DNA of 58,254 nucleotides, the filler included, from Sphacelaria rigidula (Eukaryota): NCBI GenBank assembly GCA_964200075.2. It is 7 parts of 7 records of this genome, joined end to end, with 100 filler letters (N's around TTAATTAATTAA, not from the genome) between each part and the next. Parts side by side here need not be neighbours in the genome. Positions count along the whole stretch, not along the records: positions 8,338 to 16,574 come from CAXNAA020011821.1; positions 16,675 to 24,910 come from CAXNAA020011822.1; positions 25,011 to 33,246 come from CAXNAA020011823.1; 4 more parts are not named here. One strand, 5' to 3'. This document shows, in pieces, positions 13,001 through 25,135 of this stretch (within the stretch, counting starts at the first letter, position 1; each line of letters begins with the position of its first letter). The notes below the pieces were generated by a model. It had not been told where the DNA came from. It ran no database searches and worked only from the letters and a program-made list of their open reading frames with translations. Made by a program: the position numbers and the translations under genes.

Positions 13001-15842
13001 CAAGGCCTACAACGTCGATGTTATCCCCGCTTCAAGCTGTTTTTATGCGTGGTGGTTCTATTTGAGGTGAAGGTGCAATTTTAGACACCCAGCCCCTCCC
13101 CATTCCTGCCGTGGGATACATTTTTGACCCTCGGGCAGTCAAGAGTTGAAAATCTCAAGAGCTGCACCAGTCAAGCTCTCACTTTATGTGTGTGCCGTCT
13201 GTGTTTCTTCGGATAGCACCGTGCGTTCTCTGTTTCCGTGGCCTAATGCAAGCTACCCTGGGCGAAGGGTGCCTTAGATTTGAACCTCAGATACCACCCC
13301 CCCTCGGAGGGGTCAGTTCACTGTTTTTGTACAACTTGAACAAAAACAACATTCATTCAGAGGATCAAGCGTAGCGTGGTTTGGGGTCTATGGACAAAAA
13401 AATAATCAAACAGTATGCAACCATACAGATAAATGAAACGAATCAGATCAAGAATGAGCTTGTCAGGTGCAGTCGTCAGTTCGTGCCTCGCTCCTACAGC
13501 ACTCGTAGGGTAGAGTTCCTTACCAGTTTTTGGTGTCTCCTGAAAGAGCAGCTGATCGTCGAAATTGAGGATGGAGCTTTTCATTGAGGATAATAATCCG
13601 GAAAATTGAAATCTTCGCTCCCACGCCACTTCTTCGAAATAAGGTTCCATTCATTCATCTGCTGGTAGCTACGTATATTGACAAGTACTATACCCCATCA
13701 GAAATTGGGTTTCATGACCGGAATTTGGGGGCGGGTCCTAGATGAAAAAGAGAACGTTGGGAATTTAAGTGATCCGGCACGTGAATTCCCAGGAATTGTT
13801 TTCTCACCCAAGACCCCCAAATTTCGGTCATCGTAACCAAATTTTCCATGGCGCGTAGTGGTTGTCAGTAGCTACCAGCAGGTGAAGGAATGGGATCATA
13901 TCTCAAAGAGTTGGTGTGGATGCGAAGATTCAATTTTCGGGTTGATATCCTCAATGAGAAGCTCCAACCTCAATTTCAATGACCGGTTATTATGAAAGCT
14001 GCTTTTCCGAACACGCGACAGGCGGTGTTTCTTCGGTGCTGCTTACAAGGTTACTTGATCAGCCGCCTCGTTCTCCAACGGTGCAGCTTCCTACGATGAA
14101 CTGGCGCGCTCGGAAATCCTCATCTCAACGAACCAGAGGATTTGGCGTAGGGGGAGGCTGGTATCCAGCTACGCACCGCAGAATCACTCTAGACTCTTGG
14201 GGGGGGGCACTACATTCGCTGCGGCTATCGCATGGCCCCTTCCTCCCCAAAGGATCAGTTGTTAGAGCACATTCTCTGGTTTTTGTGCGTAGATTACTGT
14301 TTTTTAGTGCAACTCACCGGCGGCATCCACCGACAGTGACCCATAAAATAGAGAGAGAGCCGTTGTTGCATAGATTCGCATCGGTGTGGAAAAATGCATA
14401 CTTTGTACCCCGAGATGGCTGCTTGAAATGCGGCGCTTGGAATGACCTTAAAACCCCCAAACCAGCAATGACTTCGAAATTCAGAGGCCTTGGGGTGTTG
14501 ATTCCAGCTTATTAGAGCCACCCTCGTTTATACGGTGAAAATCGATAAACTTACCTTTCTCATTCCATTTTTTTGCGGTCGAACGGACAGAAACTTACCA
14601 CTTCCGTCACGTTTTTACTAATATTCGGGGCGCCGATGGCTATAGATGGCCCCGAGAAACCAATTCAATACAACAAGTTACGGACTTTCTTTGTTGAAAA
14701 AAAACCCTTACAACTCAAAAGTTACGCCGGCAGTTACAACATGGGAGGAGACCAAGTGTGCATGGCGACACCACGCAACAGTACGATGATTTAATGCCAT
14801 GCACTTTTGAAACGATGGCAACACTGCTATTCTGGTGATCAGCTACACTAAGTATGACCCGCTATGAGTATGAAGCCCACTTCTTTCTGTACCTGGCGTG
14901 TACAGTGCAGTGCAGTGCAGTGCAGTAGCAACATGGAACACCATATTTCTTATCCGCCTGCAGCCAGGATTCGGCTGCTCCTTACTCGACTGTCTCTCCT
15001 CTTGACTCGTTCAAGTACAGAGAGGTTCAAATCGCCGTGTTTTACAAGGTCTGGAATGAGGCTTTCCCCCTTATTCACTAGCGTGTTCACTAGAACAGCC
15101 CCGACCTTGAACGTGGGCAATACGCTGATATAGACCAATAACGGAGAGACGATGCTACTGTTACACCCCCTGTCCTCCGTTCTTTCGTTGAACGACTCTC
15201 TCGTGATGGCTTTCGGCTCCGTTTTTTGAGAGGAAGTTCTCCTTTCAAAACATAATACAACCTTGAATTCTTGTCGCAACGTTCCGCGCTTTCATCAGTT
15301 ATTACGACGTGTATACTATCAAGGCATTGCTTCGTTGTGCACACACTGCACACCCTCACAACAACATCCGGGTGAGTACGTTGTAAACACCTTGACAACC
15401 CCAGCTACATGTGGACGTTGCAGCATGCACCCCGAGTATCCCTCATGGCCACCAGTCGGCAGGACGGCAGCACGCCCTGACTGAGGGGCATCGTGTGAAC
15501 TGGCTCGCGGTCCTTTCACCAATGACTTGTCCTACGGTTGCGTGTTGTGTGTGTTGTGTTGTCATCTCATCTATCCTGGACGTCATTCTATACCTTTCGG
15601 TATCTGTAGGCACATCAGCCGGGTTTGTTGTGTTGTCCATAATGCAATATATCGTTATGCGATCCCTCTTTGTCTCACCAGCCGGCAAGTAGTTGGTAGC
15701 GCTCCATTTCAGAATATAAAGACTGCTGAACCAGACAACATGCAACCGTCGCGGGCGAAATCTTAACTTTACCTGCATTGTCTAGTCCAATGACCAACAA
15801 TGAGCGGTTCTCCCGTAAGAAGGGGAAAACCATGGAACCCAT
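10093..15842 (-). CDS. ARL6: ARL6/BBS3-like Arf-family small GTPase, 4 exons, last exon not found
   Basis: Exons 15842-15773 (MGSMVF..LLVIGLDNAG), 12798-12643 (KTTIL..MPTVG..WLAWDMSGQ), 10976-10848 (GRYRDLW..GVIFVVDITDRSRIAVARDEL) and 10214-10093 (PVAILANKYD). G1, G2, G3 and G4 motifs are present. DMSGQGRYR is the ARL6 signature. Exon phases are compatible. Confidence 0.88.
11685..11933. mobile_element. Short MITE with ACAGTGTTTTCGTGAGATTGAGAGT inverted ends, TA-flanked (10-N gap inside)
   Basis: Inverted copies at ~11685-11730 and ~11887-11933. One arm recurs at ~34120-34168. Confidence 0.65.
13547..13991. mobile_element. Fold-back (near-palindromic) MITE in ARL6 intron 1
   Basis: The two ~200-bp halves are imperfect reverse complements. 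Related copies at ~8338-9014 and 48653-49097. Confidence 0.82.
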
Positions 15843-16230
15843 ATGTCGTACGATATGTACACAAATCAGCTCATCCTCCGACGGTAGCCACGTCAATGGC
15901 TTGTTAATCAGCACCATAATACCGAAGATATAGCTCTGGATAATGACAAGTGGCTAAGATTGACCGTTTGAAACCGTGAGAAAATGCGGGTCAATTCTTC
16001 ATCGGATGCCCGTGAAAGGACACGCCGAGTCTCTAACGCGGCCGGAACTCTGATCAAAAGCTCGAGATCTATGAGGAACCACAGCCAAAGACTTTAGTTG
16101 CATCCTGCCTCCGAACGACAGAGCAAGACTTACTGTTGGTGAACTTATAAGCGTATCAAATCCCAAATCTTGGGACATCACCCCACGCATTGTGAGGGCC
16201 TGGTGACTTTGCTACCGAGGAATACACATC

Positions 16231-16410
16231 ATGACGATGGTAGCTCCACCGGCGCAGCCTGCTGTTGGTGGGTCACAGACAGCATTTACCTATTCTTCGG
16301 AGCCCCAGGCCGTGCCACCTAATCGCAGCATTCGCGCCAAGTATAGGGAAGATTCTGGCGGCGGCACGGGTGCGGTGGTGGATGCACCTCAATGGTTCGA
16401 CGAGAACGAG
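16231..16410 (+). CDS. RSPH3: Radial spoke protein 3 (RSP3/RSPH3), first exon
   Basis: 60-codon exon ending in GAG|GTACAT. FTYSSEPQAVPPNRSIRAKYRED resembles the RSP3 N-terminus (Chlamydomonas ~LYTHAAEPKAVQQRRAKYRED, recalled from memory). Confidence 0.72.
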
Positions 16411-16420
16411 GTACATGTAT

Positions 16421-16574
16421 GTACGAGCTGGGCCAGCCTAAAAACGGGTTTAAGCTTTAAAAACAATATCTCTTCGACGCAGACGAGTTGGGCCGTGATC
16501 CGCGTATCGTATTAATCGTGTAATCAAGGGGAAGGTGCCCATCTGCTCAAGAGTTTGGGCCCATATTTTCTCGT
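16421..16574 (+). repeat. Interspersed repeat starting TACGAGCTGGGCCAGCC (second copy ~32421-32580), possible Tc1/mariner-type end
   Basis: About 150 bp shared between contigs 2 and 4, with a TA-CGAG start. Confidence 0.7.
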
Positions 16575-16674
16575 NNNNNNNNNNNNNNNNNNNNNNNNNN
16601 NNNNNNNNNNNNNNNNNNTTAATTAATTAANNNNNNNNNNNNNNNNNNNNNNNNNNNNNNNNNNNNNNNNNNNN
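16575..16674. other. Artificial contig linker
   Basis: 44N-TTAATTAATTAA-44N. Confidence 0.98.
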
Positions 16675-17331
16675 CGTGGTCAATGGTCAAATGACTAAGG
16701 CAAGCAGCAAATGAGTACGCCCCCCCCCCCCGTCCCTCCCGTTGATTTTGTTAGTGTTTGTAGCAGTGTAGTGTTAATTATGTAGAATTCGTACGGACAG
16801 ATGTGTGAAACAGCTGCACAGACAGATAGGTTGAATTCGCATGGACTTAATGAATGTCAAAAGAGGGCTTGTGTAGTGAAGATGAAAGTCGAAGGCGTTC
16901 AGGTCCTGAAGATGTTTGCGGCTCACAGGCTGGAATAACGACATTTTTAGTCGAGCACATCGCTCCGTTACGCAAGTCACAAATTTAGAAACCCCAGCAT
17001 TCGAATATTTGAATGGTTTGGTGTTTTAATATAGCATACTACTGCTATTCGGAGTGCTTGCATCAGGATAGAGCTTTCGTGGACGAATTAAAGCGATGCG
17101 TCGAGACTACGGGGTAGGTTGAGGGCAAGTGTCGAGTTACGAACATCCCAACACCTTCGTAGAAGGGCGTGCCTCCCAACAGTTGAAAGCATTTACGAAT
17201 TCGCATATTTCTGAAACCTTGGTGCTTTGATATCTCCAATACTGCTTTTGTCGGTTTGATATCGCGGGTTTCCCTCTTGTTAGCCATGCTGGTCTTAGAA
17301 ATGTTTCGTCTTTTTTCTTCTTTTGATGCAG

Positions 17332-20300
17332 AATTTCAACGACGCTTTGGACTCTGGGTGGGTCCAAAACACAAGCTGGATGGCGAAGATTTTCCTTGAG
17401 GGTGTTACTCCCGTTATGCCCGACGACCCGTGGGGGTATCAGGTCAAACAAGCGGTCGAGGAACACAGGTATGGCACGATACCCTAAGAGCTATCTTGTG
17501 TGTTCATGTGTGAATCTTTTGCCGGTGTATTTATGCCGTGTTCTGGATTTCCCGCAGCGAGTGTTTCCGTTTGTTCTAGCTGGGGTATGTATATCCTGTT
17601 CCCACGGTTGAACTCTCGGGGGACCAGTTGATCTGCAACAGTCAACCAATCAGATCAACCCGGGGTAGAAGTAGTGTATGTCAATGCGAGTATACACACC
17701 CCAGCACCGGTGCGGCAATGACGGCAACTGGGAACAAGCCAGGGGGGGCGGGTGAGCCGGGGGGGCGATGTACTCATGGTCTTGCATGCCGTAGTCATAT
17801 GACTATTGGGGAGGGGGGGGGAGGGCGTACTCAGCTATTCATTTGTTGCTTACCGTCGTCGTATGGCCTTTGACCACGCATCTCTTTCGAGACGGAGACG
17901 GAGCAAGGAGGGGGGGGGGGGGAGGTGGCGTACTCATTTGTTGCTTGCCTTAGTCAATTTACCATTCGACCACGCATCCCTTTCGAAACGGAGCACCGTT
18001 CCTACTCCTAGTAGAGACACCTCAAATATTTGGGCGTTCGTGGGAACAAGCCGGGGGCTGCACGCATCCGATTCATGCCAATATACTGCTTTCTTCACTG
18101 CTTCGAATGTGAAATCGCGCGCCCAATACTTTTTAGTAGGCGGGGGGGAGGGGTGGGGTGTGGGAGGGAACTACCGTACGCCACTGTACGCTTCATTCGA
18201 GGATATTTTGGCGGAACCACCACCATTGTTGTTTCTCTGATGTTTCTTCCTCAGTATGCCCTCAGCTTAACATGGTGTTGCGTCTATGATTCTGCTTCGA
18301 AGCATAGTGCCTATGGTGGTTTGACACGCCCATGCTGTTGCAGCGTCGTCACAGGTGCAACACCATGAAGGCCAACGGCAGCAAGCTCGAGGGTGAAACA
18401 CATCTGATGTATGACTGGGCAATACAATCACACTACCCGCGCCGTCCCATGACAACAGGCTCATTAGGGTTATTATCAGCCCCTCTGGTCACAGAAACAT
18501 CCTTCAATATATTCAATACTCTCTCAATAGTCTTGATGTGTGTGGATGCGTGTGCTTCTTGCACACGACCTTTATTTCACCTTAAACCATGCTTCAGGGG
18601 CGGGCCATTTCTAGGTTTAATTATTGATTTCGTTGCTCGTTTATTTCATCGGGTCCGTTTTTTATTTTTGGTTTCCTAGCTCTTTCCCTCCCCTTCACTT
18701 TTCCTTCTTTTCTTCGTTTTCTCTTCGTTTTCTCTTCGTTTTTTATTCGTTTCCTCTTCGATTCTTGTTTCCCAGATTACTCCATGTGTTCTATCCTTTT
18801 GTTTCCTTCACTTCTCTTCTCTCAAGCGAGCGTTTCCGTTTTGTTAACCTTGGATACGTCTATCACGTGGATAATGACCATTACTGGATCCCTCGGGGAT
18901 TAGTTTTAGTAGTGCTGCGCGACAATCAATCAAATCGAAAGAAATCAGTTCGAGAGATTTCATCTCCTCTGATCATAGTAAAAAATCATCTATTCAAAAT
19001 GCGTAGTTCTCAGTACGACCAGGTTTCGACGTAAGGCTACCTGTTTCATAATCAACGCTCTATACTGCGGACTCATTCCAAGAGGCCACGATTAATACAA
19101 TCTCCTCCAATAGTGGCAGACAATCGACCGCTCAACGCCTTCATGTCAATACCGCGCACCTTGACCACCTTGATCACTTGATTGCGATCGGAACCCCGCC
19201 CCCACGAATGCATGGCTTCGAACATCACCCGTGCACACATAACGCACAGGGACAACTGGAGCTTGCTCCAGGATACATACATCCGATACATGGACGACCC
19301 TTCCAGCCACACTGGCCGCACCGCTGGGTCCGCGTGCGCAAGCGAAGCGGTGTACCAACTCTTGGCCAAGCACGCGACCAGCGCCGATGGTGGCGGCATC
19401 GACGCTGGCGCGGGTGAAGGTGCTCATGGCGTTCGAGATGCAAGCAGTGGCGTGGATGCGCTGAAGAAAGTGCTGCCCTACTACTTGCACGTGAGCGGTT
19501 GGCTGGATGCGTCGGCCAATGCTTCTTTGATGGCTTTCACGACCGTCCCTTGCAGGTATTTTCCTTGTCGGTACTACAGTACTGGGCGGTTCAAATATCA
19601 GAGATCTGTTGTGTTTTTTTTCATCTGATTTAGTATAACTGGTGCGAAATGTATGATGACGCCCGATTTCGGGGGGAATACAGCGTGCACTCGATCGAAG
19701 ATATCTCCGAGTAGAGGGATGCCGTAGCCTGAGGGGAGATATCACGTGATGGACCATACCACGGGGCAGCTGTGAAGCATTGCCGACAGGGAAAAGGCGA
19801 CCGTGTCGTCGAGCACGGTGTGGTGAACGAAGTTGAACTAGTCATGACGAAGCTCCTGTGGGTACAGTTTTCTGTGCAACCTCCATACCCTACCTGACAG
19901 TTTCTGTGAGTTCTGTAAGCCTCCCATACCCTTACCCGTCAATTTTGTGACTTCGGTACACAATGTTTACCCGTGTACCAGGAGCGCGGGTATGCTCTTG
20001 AAGAAATGCCCGATTGCCGGTATCGGTCTCCTGTAAGCTTCCCATACCGTACCCGACAAGTTCTGTAATCTCTGTCAGACTTTCATCCCGTACCGGTACC
20101 CGACAGTTCTGTAAGCTCTGTAAGCCTTCGATATCCCTACTCGGGAGGGTATACCGTTATAGATATACCCGATTGCAGGAATGAGCACAGGTATTATATA
20201 CCCTTGGGAGGTACGGATATAAGTTCAATACAAACACGATATCATGACCTGAAAATGTACACTCCATCGATCAACTCTCCCAACTCCTTCACTCCAAACT

Positions 20301-23201
20301 GCACACGAACAATGAATCAATGTTGAAAAGTTCTTAAGTTTGGGATCTGACGGTATACGAGGTACCGCTGAAAGAAGAAACGAAACATGAGCAGCACTGC
20401 AGACCGTCAGAATGGATCACCCCCAGACTCGAGTGATGGCTCGAGCGGGGACGGTTCATCTGCGCCACCAGGAAATCAAGTAGCAAGATGCACGTCATCG
20501 ACGTCGATGGTGGTTGTGTGGTGGTCATCACACCCCAGGCCGTCATCGAAATGTATAGCACAGAGTATGAGCTGCCACCGAAAGTCGTCAAGGCCGTCGG
20601 CGATTTTGTCGCATGCCGAAGGGCTTCCAGAGAACGGGCAGCCGTGAATGCTCCTCCATGTACTCTCTGGGAGTGTACGTGAAGCCGATAGATGTTGACG
20701 ATCCCGTGCACATGTACTACTGCGATTGTTCGTGTAGCCTTTCTCTATCAACCCCGTGAAGAGTGATGCTACGATAGGGTCGCACTTCTTGAGCAATAAT
20801 GTTTCTAGGGGTGTTGCACGGATAATTTTGAGAATTGGCATCATTTTCACTTGAAGAAGATTGAAAATGTTGCCGATTCATGAAGAGGCAACTGTGTGCA
20901 TCTCCATGTCTTGTCCCCGGAGATTTGGGTTGCACAGTAAGCCCCATATATTTAGGCTCCTACAAAAAGGAGACCCAGAAGCAAAAAGTGCAACGCCTAT
21001 CGTAGCATCACTCTGAAGCAGTTCAGAGTTTTCGTGAGCTGTCATCTGTACTTCGCTACTGTTGTAGTGACGTAGATGCCACCACAGGGGTGGTGATGAT
21101 GCAAAGGTCGTGTTCTGTAGGGTACGGTTTTCTGTATACCCGGGGTATTTTGTCGGGTTTTTACCGTACCCGACAGTTGTGTGACTTCTGTAAGATTTCC
21201 ACACCAGTACCCGACAGTTCTGTAATCTCTGTAAGATCTTCATACCCGTATCCGATAGTTCTGTGATCTTTGTCAGATATTCATACCCGTACTCGATAGT
21301 TCTGTGAGTTCTCTGAGACACCCGTACCATTACCGGGAGGCACGGGTGTGCTCTTGATAAGATACCCGGTTACGGGTACGGTTTTCTGTGCAACCTCCAT
21401 ACCCTACCCGACAGCTTCTGTGAGTTCTGTAAGCCTCCCATTCCCTTACCCGACAGTTCTGTGAGTTCTGTGCAAAAGCTTTACCCTAACGCGAGGGGCG
21501 GGTATGCCCTGAAAGAGTTACCCGATTGCCGGTTCCGCTTTTCTGTAAGCTTCCCATACCGTACCCGACAAGTCCTGTAATTTCTGGAATACTTTAATAC
21601 CGGTACCCTCCAGTCATCTAAACTCTGGAAGACTTTCATACCGGCACCCGAAAGTTCTGTAAGTTCTGTAAGGAATCAATCTTACACCCTACAGAATGCA
21701 CCCGTACCTTACAGAACACAACCTTGTGGGCCCTTGTACTGCAGCGCAGGAGTTTCTGTGCGTTGCTTCCGTGAGAATTGGCTGCCGTGTATGTAGTAAC
21801 GGCTGGAGGTCTAGAAGGAGCAAAGAGAACGATGAGCTACGTCTGTTGTTGGTGTTGGTGTTGTTGTTGTTGTTCCGCTGTGTCGTCGCTTTTTTTCAAC
21901 TCTGATGAATACATGCGATACGACGCCGGTTTTACTCCGCAGAGGATCGGAGCTGCTAGTCGGCCCTTGGAACCATTGCGGGCTTCAGCATGTCCGTCCG
22001 CACCATATTACCAGCGATTCCAGGTAAGGAGTTGTCCCACGGTATGAGGGGGAGCGGAATAAGCAGCCCCGTGGGTCTTGTCACCCGCCGTTTATTGCCT
22101 AGCACCCGAGAGATGGGTGCGCATGCCGAATGTAGCTGTCGATGTGGAACGACGATGTGGGCGGGAAGTGACAGCGAGAGCGGGTCCAGTAAGATGTACG
22201 ATGAGGCAAATGATTTCTTCTGTGCATGCAGTACGAGCGATACCTCGTTGAGCGACTGATGAAATCATGTGCATGTATTATGCAATATGTCGTGCGCCCA
22301 GGTCTGCCCACGAGCTTTTGCAAGGCAGCACATCTGGGCAAAATATGGTTGACAGTTGCAATGGAGAAAAAATTACTGCGTACTCGTCGGGTATAGGCCT
22401 ATTGCAACTATTTACCATATATCGTCCAAGGTTTGCAAGGAAGTAAAACACTAAACAGCAGTGTCCACAGATGACCGTCGAACGTCGCAATCAGTCGTTC
22501 TTGTGCCTGTCTTGTGTGAAGAAGTTGGTTCACCAGTATTTCTGGTTACGCGCGACATCTTTTACGTTGTCTGCACAGGCAGGCGAGCAATCTCCAAGCC
22601 ATGCCCCGACGTTTGTTCTCGCCGGGCTTTCTACCCGGCAGCTACTCGAACACCGGGGGTGCGGTTGGTGTAGTTAGTACGTTGTCTTGCTGACTTTGGT
22701 TCTCCGTTAGTTGATATGCGCCTGAACGCCATTTTTTCGCACGTCAGCGATTCAAGGTGTGTTCTTCTCTCACCACCTGCTTAAACATCCCCTCCCCTCT
22801 CCCAACCTCCCAACCCCCAACTCCCAACCCCCCGCACTCCCAAGCATATTAAGCATATCAAGCACATGCGAAAGCTTGCACTAGTAACGAGCGATGGGAA
22901 ATTTGGTTCTATTGTCAGCTCAAGAGCTCATCTCGTTGCACAAACGCACGGAACGAATTCTTGGACGGTGCGTTTTTTTTTTTATTATCGAAAATGATTC
23001 TCGTGTGTGTCCTTTTTAAATTCATTTCGTGCGCGGTGTGGTTCCAGGTTTGATTTCCGCACGGAGGTGTCAGGATTCTTCGTCCGTCGACTGTCTGGTC
23101 CTGTTGGAGGGGTTTCGGAATTACGAGACAACGCGAATGGGCTTGCTGTTGATGCTGATGCTCGTGGGGCAGGCGAGTCGAAGTTGGAGTCCACACGGCA
23201 G
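17332..23201 (+). CDS. CocE/NonD family alpha/beta hydrolase (peptidase S15-like), four internal exons
   Basis: Exons 17332-17468 (NFNDALD..FLEGVTPVMPDD..QAVEEH), 19250-19555 (RDNWSLL..RYMDD..YLHVSGWLDASANA), 21943-22023 (GSELLVGPWNHCG) and 23048-23201 (RFDFRTEVSGFFVRRL). All GT-AG and phase-compatible. GWxD and GPWxH carry the catalytic Asp and His of this family. Confidence 0.8.
19635..20682 (+). pseudogene. Decayed coding relic inside the hydrolase intron, split by a MITE
   Basis: 19635-19858 reads YNWCEMYDDARFRGEYSVHSIEDISE*RDAVA*GEIS..VNEVELVMTKLL. ~20430-20682 reads E*WLERGRFICATRKSSSKMHVIDVDGGCVVVITPQAVIEMY. Both have in-frame stops. No family recognised. Confidence 0.35.
21104..21725. 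mobile_element. MITE family with (C)AAGGTTGTGTTCTGTA.G.TACGGG TIRs and internal CCCGACAGTTCTGT subrepeats
   Basis: Left end AAGGTCGTGTTCTGTAGGGTACGG, right end CCGTACCTTACAGAACACAACCTT. Other copies at ~19860-20220, ~40198-40437 and 51274-51622. Confidence 0.8.
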
Positions 23202-24910
23202 GTAGGCACCCAAGTTCAGGTTTTGTGCATCGTGTTTTTTTTGTGGTGGAGGACGAACTTGGCGTGTACTCAGTGGCGAGTTTCATGCCAAGTGTTGTGA
23301 TGAAAGCTGAAAGGCGTGAAGACATGATAAAGGCAAGTGTGTGGATAATGCTCTTCACCGGTCTTGTGAAAGGGGTTGTATTCGGAATATGATGTCAGCC
23401 ATTCGTGAACGGCAAGAGCGCAGCCTAACCCCTCCGAACCCATCTTGCGCTCAATCTTGCGCCAGGTTTTCCACAACGTAGTGCCAATTGTGGACAGACT
23501 GAGGGGGTGGTGTCACGAACGACTACACGCGATTTTCCGTGAATTTGAATTCGAGCTCGTGGTTATGTAGCCAACGCACTAAAATAGCGGCCATTTTGAT
23601 GAATTTTGGCGTTTTCTTACCTTGTTTGTATTGACATTAGACAGCGAGAAAAGTACTCTCCTTGAGTGCCATCCGAATGTCATACCGCTTGTGGTACCTT
23701 CGTTGCCATGTGGAATTCAAATTTGATGTGCCTGTTGGTTAGCACAAAACGAAAACAATGGAACATGTCCGCATGGTGCAAGGCTTCCGCGAAGGTTTTA
23801 ATGGTTACACACGCGTACGTTGAAACTCAAGACCAGGAAAATCGCGGACATTTATTGTTAGTGCTACTTTGTGGCTGACCGTGGTCTTTCGGCCACGTTT
23901 TTCTTTTATGCTGGTGCTATTTTTGCCGAGAATGCAAGCCGTCAATATATGTGGGAACAGCACCTACGATGCCTGTACACACGTTGGAGTCGAAACCTTG
24001 GATCAACGAAGTCCATAGGATTTGGTATAGGTGCTTTCTACGGGTTTGAAACTCGCGCATAGCTTATAAGCAGTTCATTCTATCGGGTGGGGACGTGTTG
24101 GCCATGTGATCCGTGAGACGCGGTTGAATTTCCCGAGAATATGAAAAAAATCGAATATGCTGGGATTGTGCGGGCTCACTAGCATCCTCGAATGGTCTAA
24201 CGACCGCTAGTCAAATCCCGCCGCATATTTTTCGCCTATGCGAACCCGGCCACTTTATGAACATTAGTGTGGATGGAGGGTATTTTACAAACGGGAACTG
24301 TGGAACGAGCAGATCCCGTACGGTCTTCGCCATGTATGACCACTTGCATATTGATCCAAGCCATATTTTTTGTGTCGCCATAGCAACATGCGCAGCAGCC
24401 ACAAGAAGATGTTGCTGAGGAGAAGCGGGGGTTATTGGCACAAAAAGTGCCCTATTCAAGGCTCGATTTTCGATGCCCATTACTTGCAGTCAATTCTGAC
24501 TATGGGGGTACTGGAGCTTAAAATGATCACATAGGTGTCTGGGCTTTTGGTTATTGCTCATGTATTTTTGCAGATGACAATACATCCGCGAGCTGCTCGT
24601 CTAGTAGCTTGTGTATAACTGCAGCGGCAATCGTAGCGGCCCATCATCCGGTAGCAAAGTGTGGGTATTGGGTTGTTCTTGTGTGTCAATCGTGGTAACT
24701 GCTGCTCCACAAGAAAAATACGAGAGGGAAACGTGGTTCCGTAAAGTCTACGCTGATGTGCCACAGCCCTCTTGTCGCAAGGAACTCATCAGGTTTCTCA
24801 AGTCGGCATATCCTCAACGGGCACTGGCTTTGATCACCGCAGAGGTTGTTCCAGCCGCCCACCCCACCCCCCACACGACCTACGACTAGCAAACATGCAA
24901 CCGAGCAGTC

Positions 24911-25010
24911 NNNNNNNNNNNNNNNNNNNNNNNNNNNNNNNNNNNNNNNNNNNNTTAATTAATTAANNNNNNNNNNNNNNNNNNNNNNNNNNNNNNNNNN
25001 NNNNNNNNNN
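24911..25010. other. Artificial contig linker
   Basis: 44N-TTAATTAATTAA-44N. Confidence 0.98.
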
Positions 25011-25135
25011 CGGACCAGGCTCGCACTCAACCACCAAGCTCGAAGGGCCGTGGTGTGTTCGGCGAGTCGCATAAAGGGTGGGCTGCATCCTGCAAAGATT
25101 GTTCGGCCCGAACGCGTGCGAAGCACATTGACTTG
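25011..25135. repeat. Interspersed repeat (inverted copy at ~53300-53420)
   Basis: CGGACCAGGCTCGCA..CAAGCTCGAAG..TGTTCGGCGAGTCGC..AAAGATTGTTCGGCCCGAA aligns in reverse with contig 7. Confidence 0.75.

Noticed and set aside
14964-15081. Possible nested antisense exon in ARL6 intron 1 (..DSFKYREVQIAVFYKVWNEAFPLIH*)
   Set aside because: It has an acceptor and a stop, but no recognisable family and no consistent upstream exon chain.
16790-17160. GLNECQKRAC resembling an SF1 helicase Q-motif
   Set aside because: No Walker A follows, there are in-frame stops, and the match is too short.
19860-21725. CRISPR-like repeat/spacer pattern in the CCCGACAGTTCTGT repeats
   Set aside because: The units are degenerate, the spacers are related to each other, the whole is bounded by TIRs and dispersed on several contigs, and no cas genes are present. 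It is a MITE.
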